From Camelus ferus (Eukaryota), in NCBI RefSeq assembly GCF_009834535.1, contig NC_045697.1, positions 59,646,001 to 59,710,000 on the forward strand: DNA of 64,000 nt. Direction: 5' to 3'. The notes under the pieces are model-generated. The model ran no database searches. It was not told the origin of the DNA and saw only the letters and a program-made list of their open reading frames with translations. The translations under genes were made by a program, and so were the position numbers. Of this stretch, positions 12,491 through 24,568 are shown in pieces. Numbering within the stretch: the first letter of the stretch is position 1; each line of letters starts with the position of its first letter.

Positions 12491-12764
12491 CCTGGACACT
12501 ACATTAGGCTTTTACTCACATTTTGCTCTATTCTAGATTTGGTTGAAATTCCTTTTCAATACTCAAACTGTCTTAACTGAAGAAATGGCATCATATCCTT
12601 AAAGAAATTTTCTTTTCCATCTCTTCTTGATGATATACAAATTTAGAACCCTGATATCTTTTCATCCTGACTCCTGACACTTTATAAAATGTCAAATAAA
12701 ATTTTCACATATTCTAAACAACTATCACATATGGTAAAACTACTCTGGGCTAAAGCTATAATCA

Positions 12765-13520
12765 TGCATCAATTCATTTACTCTGAAAGGATTGTTTGGA
12801 GAGCCTCACAGATACCAGGTGCTGTGGCAGATGCTCTGGATACAAAGGCAAGTAAATATGGTGTCTGTTCTCAAGGAGCTCCCAGTGTATTTGGGAGAAC
12901 CCTGTCTGTCATTCACTACTATTTATTAAGCACTTTATTATCAGATGCCAGCCACTGTTGTAGGTGCTTAGAGAAAAACGGTGACAAAAGAGGCAAATAT
13001 TCCTGCCCTTACGGGACTTATTTTTTGGTGGTAGAGCGGTAGACAAACAGGGAACAAAAACAATAATAAGTAAAGTGTGCAGTTTATTACATGGTAAAAA
13101 GTGCTGTAGAAAAATTGTAATAGATTAAAGGGCATTAGAATATGGGGAGGAGTGAGAGCCAGTGCACAGTATTAATCAGGCTAGTCAGGAAATCCACACT
13201 GAGCAGGTCAAGGCTTTGGAAACACTTGAAAGAAGTAAGGGTGTTAACCAAGCAGATATCTTGAGAAAGAGAGTTCTAAGCAGAGGGAACTGCTAGAAAA
13301 AAGGTTGAGATAGACCAGGCCAAACTCTTGCTATGTGTTTAATGCAAGAAGCCAGTGTCAACGGATTAGTATGAACAAAGGAGAGAGAAGTAGGAGACGA
13401 GGTCAGAATGGTAACAAGGGACGAGTGCTACAGATTATTTTAAGGACTCTGGCTTTCACTATGAGTGAGGTATTTTGAGCAGAGGAGGAATATACTAGGA
13501 TTTATGCTCTGAAAGCAACA
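12765..13520 (-). mobile_element. L2 fragments (two 3' ends)
   Basis: cattcactactatttattaagcac...tgccagccactgttgtaggtgct...cctgcccttacgggactta and taaggactctggctttcactatgagtgag. Confidence 0.75.
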
Positions 13521-13714
13521 ATCTGGATGTGCATGCAAAATACAAGAAAACATGCAAATAAAGATACATACAGCACAACGTTACAATTGTTATAATGGTA
13601 CACAGCAGAGAGGTAACTCAAGGGAAGGGGCAGTGTGTCTGTCTCTTCACAGGGGTTAGAGAATTCCCTTTAGTCACCTGACACAATGATAATGACTTTT
13701 TCAAAACCAGTTTT

Positions 13715-13820
13715 CTCCTGTGAAGTCCATAAAGGCAGGACCTTGTCTATCTCGCTCTCCACAATAGCCTGAGTGCCTTGCACATAAGCTGTCACATATA
13801 AATTAGTTTTTGAAGTATGA
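13715..13820 (+). mobile_element. L2 3' fragment
   Basis: tgtgaagtccataaaggcaggaccttgtctatctcgctc...gtgccttgcacataag. Confidence 0.65.
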
Positions 13821-14689
13821 GGAGAGTAGGAATTCTTCGGGAGTTGAAGCAGTGGCTTTCCAGACAGAGGAAACGACATGCTGGCAGGCTCTGGACGGCA
13901 CTGGACTCACGACCTTTATTTACTGTAACTGACTCCTTTTTCAACTCTAGGTATGAGACAGTCTTCTCTTAGTCAATTAAAGTTTATACATTTTTTTCTC
14001 CTAAATTGCACAAAGCACTTTAAGTGAAATTATGGCTATATTTCCTATGCGTTTTCCAACCTCTTCTCAGGCTATGCCTCCCTGAGGGGACTCAACTGCT
14101 CCCATTTCAAATACTGTTCCTACGCTGATGCCGTAAATCTGTCTCTAGCTCCTACTCCGTCCTGAGCTCCAGGCCCACAGATACAACCAAATCCTAAATA
14201 GTGTCACTTAACTTTCCTACAGATCTTTCAAACTTAACCTGCCTCCCTGACCTGTTTTGTTCTCTATTTAATTGAATGACACTAAGAACCATCCAGTTTA
14301 TTAAAAACCTAAGTTTCAGCTCATACCCTTCCTCCTCTTTGCTCTGCGCTTTCAATCACCAAATCTCCTGTATTCTAGTCCTAACTCGTTGGTGAACTTG
14401 TCACTTCTTTCTACCCCTGCTGCCAACTTTCTCTCAGCCCACCATCAACTCAGGGCAAGAGTACCTTACCAGCCGAGCTTTTTTTTTTTTTTTCCTGTCT
14501 CTGATTTCAACTTCCTCCCCACTGCCACCAGGATGATTTTTATAAAATGCAAATCTGCTCTTGGCATTCCCTTTCAGAATGCATTTTATCGCTTTCTGAA
14601 TAAGAATTTCTTAATTGACTACACAATATTCATTTTCTAGGTCTTCCTTCAAAACAGAACCACAATTGTATTCAGGATAGCTCCTTCAA

Positions 14690-14990
14690 GAGTATAGGCT
14701 CAGAAAGGAGGTGTGTACTTTTGCCATTCTTCCTTTTTGTGCCTGGAAGTTGGCTATGATGTTGGAACTTCAGCAGCTATTTCGGACTATGAGGCTACGA
14801 GGATAGAAGTCATGTAGTAAAGATTGTGGAGGGGCTACAAAAAGGGAAGCTGAATCCCTGAGGTCTATGGAATAGTCACCCCAGTCCTGGCCTGCTTACC
14901 TTCACACTTTAATGTGAGAGAAACAAAGCTTTATCTTATTTATTCACATACTTGATTTTTTATTATATGCAGCCAAATATAATCCCAATT
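14690..14990 (+). mobile_element. MaLR LTR fragment (MLT1J/K-like)
   Basis: gttggaacttcagcagctatttcggactatgagg...cctggcctgcttacc...tgtgagagaaacaaagc...tgcagccaaatataatcc. Confidence 0.65.
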
Positions 14991-14991
14991 G

Positions 14992-15157
14992 TAGGATAAG
15001 CTATATAATTTGTAGGGAAGAGTACAAATGAAAATGCAGAGCACCTTGTTAAAAAATTACTAAGACTTTCAAGATGGCATTAAAACCAAGAAATAGGCCC
15101 CCTTTAAGGCCACATCCTGTGAGACTCTCAAGTCTAAAATCAGTGAAATCAGATCTG
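14992..15157 (-). mobile_element. MER45A-like hAT MITE
   Basis: ctatataatttgtaggg...aaatgaaaatgcagagcaccttgttaaaaaattactaagactttcaagatggcattaaaaccaag matches the recalled MER45A consensus (antisense). Confidence 0.75.
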
Positions 15158-16989
15158 TTTGAACCAAAAGAGCAATAGTCTCTCAAAGTCCTAAGCATGC
15201 TTTACTAGACCCTTCGTAATCTGACGTCGCCTGCCTTTACAGATTCTTCTCTCACTTGCAATCTATGATGCAATCACAATGGACTATTATGAGTATTCTT
15301 GCATGCCTGGGATATGCCTATTCAAACAACCTCACCGTCTGTTGCTCATCTAACATCTATTCACCTTGGATCGTCGACTTTGAGGTCACTACTTTGGGGG
15401 AGATTTTTCTATCTTTCCAAGCCTAGCATAGATGTCCCTGACATGCATTTGCATTGAACTTTATAGTTCCTCTAATTTATGCCCTCATAAAATATGTCAT
15501 TATTAATTATTCTATGTTCAACTACACTTTAATCTTTGCGAATGAAGCATGTTCCCCTTGCTCAACCTCATATTCTTCATACCTAACACAGAATATAAAA
15601 CATATAAGCTGCTCAAATATTTACTGCTGGATGTTGAATGAAAGACACATTTGAAGAACGGAAAGATTCTGAATTTTATTTCTATTTCTAAGAAATTATT
15701 CTCCACTTCTTGAACAGGCAAACCTAAATTCTGAGAGTAAAATAGTAAAGCAGACTGATAAAAATTGTTAGCCTTTCAAAGGTAGACTGTTCAATGTCAG
15801 GAACATAGTAAATATTCAAAATTTAATGGGACAAAAAAGACACTGTCTATTCCCAGTTGTAGTACTCAGCATGCAAAGTGTCAGAGCTCTTGTGACACTG
15901 AGCATCTAAAGCAAAGAACCTGAATTAATAATTTTTAAATGTGGTGTATAGTTAAAAACAATGTCCACAGACCTCTTACATAAGTCCTGTATTCATTTAA
16001 GAAACATTTTCAGTCCATGCAAGTCTTTTGTGCTTAAGCACATGGCAGACTTCACAAAGTCAGGAAGTATCTTGTGGAAAGTGTAAAGGCCAGTGTGACC
16101 CTCACAGACAAGTCACAAGAATTAGTGATTATAGATCCAAAGGAAATGAATGTAGCTGGTCAATGCCTTACCTTCTTAAAACGTGCAGAAACAGGCATCT
16201 TTTGTCTAGGTATGTATGATTATCACTTTATGACCTTAAAATGAGCATTTTAATGATATAAAACAATAGATAACCTCTCACTGAATTTATTAAATCTATC
16301 AAAAGAGTTGGTTCAAGTTAGAAAACACAAGATTCTTTTCTGTCATTTAAACATCATAGATAGACCTCTGACTGCTTGGAATTCATAATAAAATTTCAAA
16401 TCATTTCACAATGACTTCTGAAAGTATGTTTTTGGTTAACTATAGAGTGAGTGTGCATACATGTGCATCTGTGGTATGTGTATGTGCGTGTGTATATGTG
16501 CACACACGTGTTTTGGTTACATATGGTTTTGGGTTGGTTTGAAATACAGAAGTCATTTTAAATTTTTAAATTGGTTTCCATTAACTTACTTCCTTTGAGT
16601 CTGATTTATCTTTCAGTTGTCAAGCTTAATTGCTTTCTCTCTCTCTCCCCTAATAGGTTTTACTTCTATTTTTAATGACCCATTTACCTTCTTCCCCTTC
16701 AGTATTTCCCTCCATTTGTTGCTTTAGATGTTTTACCCAACACTCTACTTTTCATCATTGAGAATTCAGGAAAATGCATTTCTCTGGCGGTACATGCCAC
16801 CTGGCTCCTTTGTTGCTCAAGCCCCCTCTTCTGATTCCTTTCTTACCCTTTGTTTGTGCCTTCCTAGCCTGTTTTTCATTCCCTTTTCCTCAACTTCTGT
16901 TTGAAATCCCCATGAGGTTTGATCTTTCTCATTTTCTGCCCCCAGCCCCATCCTACTTTTTTTTCTCTTGAACAGCAAGGCTGGGTCAC

Positions 16990-17120
16990 GTAAGGAGAAG
17001 GTTCTGAGCCTGGGATTCAGAGAGTGCTAACTTTAAAGTGGGCTTGTTTCTTGCTGCCTGTGTAGTCTTGGGTAAGTATTTGGCCCTGAGTCCCAGTTTC
17101 CACCTCAGTGAAACTGAGAT
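16990..17120 (+). mobile_element. MIR SINE
   Basis: tgtgtagtcttgggtaagtatttggccctgagtcccagtttccacctcagtgaaactgagat. Confidence 0.65.
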
Positions 17121-18229
17121 CCTGGAAGCCATTTTGTGAGACTGTTGCCAGGATGAGAGATAAGGAAGTGCAAGACTTGCTGCCTTACTCCACATCAGAG
17201 CGCCCCCTTCTCATTTTCACCCTTGCTGCTGCCCCAGTTGGGTTACCGTATTCATTAAAGCAGACATTAGTTTTGCTGATTCATTTCCGCTTTCAATCCA
17301 GACCCTTGAAACTGCACTGCTGAGCTTGCTTCCATTTTAACTTGACATGTCTTGGGGGAAGTTTTTACAGAAAGGATTAATCTGAAGGTTACCTTTAATC
17401 ATTTCTTCATTAAAAACCCACTAACACGTACTTGTCCTCTATACAGAAAATGTTTTGTCTGACAACCCTTATGTTTTTGGACTGTGTTTGTCTGCTAAAA
17501 ATCAGCTATGACCCCTTTCTGTTCTAAAGCTACGTATGTAATTAGAAGAACAGTCATTTTCTGAAATAGTATATTACCTTTTTAATGCACACTATAAACT
17601 AGAAATAAACTTTTTCTGAAACTATGATGACATTATTTTTGTAACTAATTCCCAGTGTTTATATGACTATGCATATTATTGGGGATATTCTGTTATTTTA
17701 GGACTGAGTTCTTAATATGAGTAATCTGAAAATAGAAATACCCAGAATAAAATTCAGGGACCTGCCCACCAAGTAAAGTTTCTTGGGGCTATGTGAGAAG
17801 ATTCACAATTCACTCAACTTCTGTGTTAGTAAAACAAACTATTGTCCCTTCAGGTCCCCTTGACCAAAAAGGAAGCCCTGGACCTTGGATTCTTGAGTAT
17901 TGGACACAGTACCTGTCCAACTGAGGCATGTTCCTTGGTTCCTTATGTGGACTAATATGCCTGCAGTATCTTCTGAGTGGAGCTCAAACCAGCTGGCTTC
18001 AGAAGAAGCATTCCATCAAGATGTGGCACGATATTCACCATTGAAGCCACACAACTCAAGTGACTTCTTGAAAATACAAGTATCTTTGATGCTTTTTTCC
18101 ATTTGGAGCCTTTGGAAAGATAGACATACTCAAACTGGAGATAAACTTTAGGATTTGGATTATCTTCCCCACAGATATTCTTTCCCACTGATATGCTTTT
18201 TTGGGGGGCGGGGGAGTTATTAGCCTGCA

Positions 18230-18456
18230 CGTCAGTTTCTGGTGAGAGCCCTCCTCTAAGATTTCAGATGGCTGCTTTCTTCTGTACCTTCACAGGGCAG
18301 AAAGAAGAGAGAGAGGGAATTCTCTAGTGTCTGTTCTTAAAAGGCCACTAATCCCAGCATGAGGGTCCCACCCTCATGACCTCATCTCACCATCACCTCG
18401 AGAGCTGGAGCTTAAAAATATGAATTTGCAGGGAGATAAACATTCAGTTCATAACA
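18230..18456 (-). mobile_element. MLT1A-like MaLR LTR (partial)
   Basis: tctggtgagagccctc...cactaatcccagcatgagggtcccaccctcatgacc...cattcagttcataaca. Confidence 0.85.
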
Positions 18457-18548
18457 GCCTGCTACTGTGTTTCATCAAAACTGAACACCTGGCCCAATAC
18501 TGTTAGTGGAGTAGAAAATGGGACCAAACTGACTGCTCTCAAGTAATG

Positions 18549-18872
18549 TGCTATGGACCAAATGTTTATTTCACCCTCAAATTCATGTCCTGAAATCTTA
18601 ATGCCCGAAGTGATGGTATTAGGAATGGGAGGTCATTAGGTCATGAAGGCGGAGCCTTAGAGCTCTTATGAAAGAAACCCCATGGAGCTCCCTGGCCCCT
18701 CCTGCCATGTGAAGATACAGTAAGAAATCTGCCACCTGGAAGAGGGTCTTCACTTAAACATGCTGGCACCCTGATCTCAGACTTGCAAACTCCGGAACTG
18801 TGAGAAATAAATTTCTGTTGTTTATACCCAGTCTGTGGTATTTTGTAATAGCAGCATAAATGAACTAAGACA
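18549..18872 (+). mobile_element. MLT1A-like MaLR solo LTR
   Basis: TG...CA ends: tgctatggaccaaatg ... ggaactgtgagaaataaatttctgttg ... gaactaagaca. Confidence 0.9.
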
Positions 18873-19649
18873 TAGTCCTTCCAAAGTCAAAGACTACACT
18901 CAATTATACAGATTTGGGAACACTGGGAACACTAAGGCTTACAAGCCATCTGGAAACCATGTTGAAGGCAACTTAACCTGGGTATCCCAACTGTGGTATG
19001 CCCTATGTGGAAGGAATGTACAGTAACTAACAGCATTTTCTTTCCAGGGGACACACATGTGCACTTAGGACTGTGAATCTTTTAAAGAAGCCAGGCATTC
19101 ATTTCTCTGCGCCTCAGAACATGGTAGCTTTTACCCTAGAGGCAGCCATAAGAGGCTCCCAACTGTTAAACACTCTACCAGTACTCTATGCAGGCTTCTA
19201 TAGGAATATCTTTGAAAGCAGTCTACCCTTAATTACAGGAGAGCTCTCCAGAAGGATAATCCACTAATTATAAACACTCAGGAAATGTTGTCCTTATCTT
19301 GGGGGTCATCTAATTAGAAAAGGTGATATGTAATGTTTCCCAGACTTTGGTAAGCTGAGTTCCTGAAAGAAGGATTCTTTACTGGCTGGCTATCCACTAA
19401 TACATATTTCTCAAGGTTCACTCTTTGCTTTGCAGACTATATCATCCCTATTTCTTCCATGGAGTCCTCTTATTCTGCCCATCCTTTCTACTCAGAAACT
19501 CAGTAGGTCTCCAAACTCTATGCTCTTTTCATCATGTCTTTTTTCACCTCCTTTTCTGTCTATTCCTACAGCTTCACCTAACACCTATATCCAACTAATT
19601 TCCATAACTACATCTTTATCTTTAACATCTTTCTTCTTATCTATCTCAT

Positions 19650-19835
19650 ATATCCATCTGTCAGATACTTTATATATAAATATCTCATTTAATCCTCACA
19701 CTAATCCTATAAAGTAATTTTTTATCCCCAGAATGCAAAACTGAGATCTGAAGAGATTCTATTAACAAAGTGGCAAAACCTAATTTTGAACCCATGAGTT
19801 AAAGCCTATTTTTTCCCGCTACTTCCTTACTGCTC
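19650..19835 (-). mobile_element. MIR SINE
   Basis: tatctcatttaatcctcacactaatcctataaagtaatttttatccc...aaactgagatctgaagag. Confidence 0.65.
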
Positions 19836-22800
19836 TGAATTCAAGAGGCTCTATGACATGGACATAGAATGGTTTTCCAACAATTCCCCAGTTGACAACC
19901 ACTGGTTAAATCATACTGAACTACTTACATTTTGGGGGAAAAATTTGTCTTCCACATTTCCTTGCCCTTGTACGTTTTATGTTCATTGTCTAGAACACTC
20001 ATTTCTTCCTTATCCTAATAGGATACCTAGTCATGCTTTGGTCCTTTTTTCTCTTCCCCAATCCCGTAACTGCTACCTAGGTAGTGTACCTTACAGTATG
20101 CTCCCATATTAAAGCATTTTTATGTGGCGTTTACATGTTTCTCTCTCCTACTAGATTTTAAACTCACTAAAGATAGGGATCTAATCACAATGCAATCTTC
20201 ATTTAAAGCCTAGACAGCTACAAATCATTTTATTAAATAAATCAAGCAACCATGTTTTTGGTTTGAGGCTTGGTAAATGTGTTAATATATTTTTATGTGT
20301 TATTAATCAAAGCTGTTATTTTTCTTATATATGTTCACTTGGTAATAATGTTTATGCTAAACTCTAAGTTTTCTTAGCTTTTAAAATTCTAGACATACAT
20401 ATAATCATTTTCCCCCTCTCTTTCCCCATCTGTTTTGTTATGAACTGAAAAGAGCAGACGTTAAGTCAAGCTAGGATCTGTATCACAGATACAGACTGGG
20501 TTTCAGACAGCTCCACTTCCCCATTGCTCCTGGGTTTCTGGCTTCACAGAAATTAATGCAGAGATTTCATTTCATGTGTAAGAGATCATGAGGTCATTAT
20601 AAGAGTGATAGGAGCTGGTAACTAGATTATTTCTTCTGGGCTTGAAGCCAATTATTACTACAGAAAAAATTTTAAAAAGGATGCAGAAAAAGATGCAGGT
20701 TTAACAATTTCATTAGTTTTCTCTTGATAGCCTTAGTTGCTTCTACTTAGGTATGAATATTTTCTGTTAAAAAACTCCCATGTGCCAAAACTAAAAACTT
20801 CATTGGCACAATTGGTTTTTTTTCATTTTTAGGAAATTCATTGATGCTATTTCCAATTGGTTCTTCCCACATTCTGCCCTGGGATAGACATTTGTTCCTT
20901 GGCAGTACTAGAGAAAATATAAACATGGGCTTTTGACACTCAAGGCTTGCATTTGGTCTACTGCATTTCCAATGTTCTTTATCCAGAGTATTTTTAACTT
21001 AGCCTTCCTAAACATATGACTTTAACAAATATTCTTTCAGATGTGACAGGTATTAAGATCACTCTAGGGAATTCTCTGGATCTTTCTATTATAGCCCCCA
21101 GCTAGCAGATTTTGAAAGCTTCTGCCCACACATGCTTCTGCTATGGTAACTTCTATTCTAATAATAAGATATAAGAATTTGTATTTCAAAATACTGCACT
21201 TGAAGTATAAACTTCAAATGGCCATTTTAATAGTAATTGTTACACTATAACTTATAATACATCTATTGATTTATATGTGTATGTGTATATAATCTAGAAA
21301 ACAGTAAGGAAACTTCACTGTTAAATTTTATTTTTTGAAAAACAATTCTCAGGTTAGTAAGAAAATACTGCCTCTAAGAATTGTTTCCTATTCATTTATA
21401 TATTTTGTCTTCAAGGAGTTGAATCTGTTGATGCTATTATTGTAATTCCTGATTGCTAACTCTAAATGTATTTTTAAATAGTAGTTTACCCTGAATATAA
21501 GGCTAAATATATATAATGTTTGATTTACAAACATGAAAAAAGTGCCTACTTAAATTTTAAAAAGGTTATAATAAAAAGCCAAAAGCTATAATAAATTATT
21601 TTTTTTACTCAAGATTTGATGTGAAAATCATTTTTTTTTTTTTTTGCTTTGTGTTTTACAGAGAAACTCCTAGTATTACAAGAACATTCTGCATATTACT
21701 TATGATAATACTATGGCCCTAAAATGTAATTTCCAACAGGAATAGGATTTTTGTCTGTTTTATTCACTGTTATAGTTTGAAAGGACTAGAAATAATGCTT
21801 GATGCATAGTAGACACTCAAAAAACATTTGTTGAAAGAATAGTCGCTTCTTGACTATCAGATCAGTAGACATAAAGTTCAGAATATCAACCCCATAATTC
21901 AGTATGTTCTCTTTTGCTTGTTATTAACCATACAGTCCCCCCAGGAGACAGCAATTACTTAATTTTAATTCAAGGGAAAGAACAAATAAACAGACAGCTG
22001 ACAAAGATTGTCTTTCTGGGAACAACACAATGAAAATGAAAACATTTTTTCAAGATAAGGTAGGTTGATTCTATTATATTTTGGAATAAAGATTATTGTT
22101 TTTCTGTCTCCTTATTTTTTTCCTACACAAGAAGCACAACAATGAAGTAGAAAAAAAATTGGAGTAAATATTCAAATTCTCTTCTGGAATAGCTCTGAGG
22201 GCAGAGGTTGAAAATCCAATCTTAAAAACAAATCTGGAGAATCCCCTTTGACCAATCACTCTTCTACTGGTCTTCTTGGCTCTGCATTTTCTCCATCTGG
22301 TAAACCACCCCCTACCACCCTCACACCAACCAAAATGGATCTAGACTTTGCTTAATCCTAGAGTCCTTGAAAACTAGGTTTTAATTTTTAATCCATAAAA
22401 TTGTCCTTAAGATTTAAACCTGTCTAAATGCCAGAAATTCCCCCACTTTGACAAGTCTAAAAATCCTGAGAAAAATTTTAAACAGCTCCTCATTTAGATA
22501 AGATGACTGAGAATGTCAGTAATCAGGGTATTAAAAAAAAATTCTGCAGCTTAACTGATGTTTAGATACCTTTCAAGGTGATTTCCACTGACCACTCTGA
22601 GGAGATTTAAAACAGCTGCTTGGACATCGAGTAAGGGGTTCCATTTCCTTTTAAACAATGAAACTGAAAATTCAGCAAAATCTGCTATCTCCTACAGCTT
22701 GAAATCTGATCACCTGTCACAAATCATTGTTTCTTTAGCCTAGCAAATAGTAAAACACCCTGAGGAACCCCATTTTGTAGCTATCTGGCAAAACAATTAT

Positions 22801-24224
22801 TAGAATAATGGTATTTCATAGGGGGCAATGTATGTGCAAGCGTTTTGTCAACTCAGCAGTGCTGTATGTGTTAGTTGTTTTCACCACCCATAATTGAAAT
22901 TGTCATGACTTAAATTGTTTTTGAGGCCGGATGAGAAAGTCTTTATTTAACTTATGCTTCCTTTTGCATTGGCTCAGAAAGTATATCACAGACAGTAACT
23001 GGGACAGTTTTCGGGAAAGCTTCCTCGTGTTTGCAATGTCTTTGTGGCAGATTTCTTCAGATTATAGCTAGTTTCAGAATGTGGCATTTTAGTTGGTCAA
23101 ATTAATTATTTGTGAAGGAACGTCACTGTGCAATGTATCATTGAAAACAGTGAAGATGATGTAGTTTGCTTTTTCTGCAAATAGTGATTTCTGAATATTT
23201 TAATATTAATTGAACCTGGAGTTTGTGATGGAAAGTGTTCAGAAACTGGAAGAAAAGAATTGGAGTCTAATGAGCAAATGCTAGAAGGCATGCTCGTTAG
23301 CGCCCATTGGAACTGTAGCCACAAGAGTACAGGCGCTTGTTCTCTGTGTCAGCACTAAGTCACACGCTCACGGCTTGACTTACAAAAGGCCAGAAATACA
23401 GAATCCTCTCCCTAGTCGTTCTTACTTCACTTGTTATGTGTGTGCATGTGTGTGTACACTCAGAAGTAGTCATTTAGTATTTTGTATATACAATGACATT
23501 TTTGGACGCAAAAAAATCTGCTTGAGGGGTATCAGCTGTTGAGATTTTTCCACCCAGCCCCTCATTCCACACTTATCAATTTGTTTTACTGTAAATCTCT
23601 GCTCTTTAAGCAGCTACTAATGAGAGGCGATCCCCCAGCAGGGAGTACAGGCGGATCAGGAGGAAACCCTGCTTGATGTGATCCTCTCCAACAGACATCT
23701 GCTTAAATCACTTAGCTCTGGGAATCTCTGCTGCCTGACAGCAGCAGAGTGAACATCAGCCTAGGGGATGAGCAGATGCCATAATCTCAACGTCTGTAAA
23801 GAAAGTGATGTTTGTCTGGCAGTTATACTCCAGGTATACATACTAATGTATTTAATATGATCTCATTTTTATGCTAATTTTGAAAATATACACACACACA
23901 CACATAACCTTGATCTTTCCTAGAATAGTTGTATAAAAAGATTTCTTCTTTCAAAATTAGTCTGAAATGTTAAATTTGCATGTTGTATTAGAAGGCAGCG
24001 TAAATTATGGGAGCAAGCCAAGCTTTTTGTCCAGTATGAGATAATTTTCCCTCAAATATATACTGTCAAGGGTGTGCTGTACACTTTGGTAAACTCATCT
24101 TAAAGGTCTGTAAAGATTACATCAATTACCTGAGAGTCTGCCCTGCACTTTGAGAATACAATACTCAAATGAAGGACTTGGTCTTTGTAAGGCAGGATTT
24201 TCCATTAGTTTCTACAGGAGATAC

Positions 24225-24568
24225 TGCCCTAGTCCATTCAGGCTGCTCTATCAGAATGCCACAGACCATGTGGCTTATCAACTGAAATTCATTCCTCACA
24301 GCTCTGCAGGCTGGGAAGGCCAAGATCTAGATGCTGGCAGATTTGGGGTCTGGTAAGAGCCTGCTCCCTGGTTCACAGCCATTTTTTCACTATGTCCCCG
24401 TATGAAGGGGCAAGAAAGCTCTCTGCTGTCTCTTTTATAAGGACACTATTCTTGGTCATTATAACCTAGTCACCTCCTAGAAGGCTCTGCCTCCAAATAC
24501 CATCACATTGGGGATTAGGTTTCAACAGATGAATTGAGGGGCAGAGCATAAAATTTCAGTCTATAGCA
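24225..24568 (-). mobile_element. MLT1A0-like MaLR solo LTR
   Basis: tgccctagtccattcaggctgct ... cctccaaataccatcacattggggattaggtttcaaca ... cagtctatagca. Confidence 0.9.

Larger units (their letters stand above)
14080..15645 (+). mobile_element. L2 relic interrupted by an MLT1 LTR and MER45A
   Basis: cctgagctccaggcccacagatacaacc, ccactgccaccaggatgatttttataaaatgcaaatctg, and end ctcaaatatttactgctggatgttgaatgaa. Confidence 0.65.

Noticed and set aside
16165..16240. 63-nt minus-strand exon candidate ending aag|gtaagg
   Set aside because: Stop codons in all three frames.
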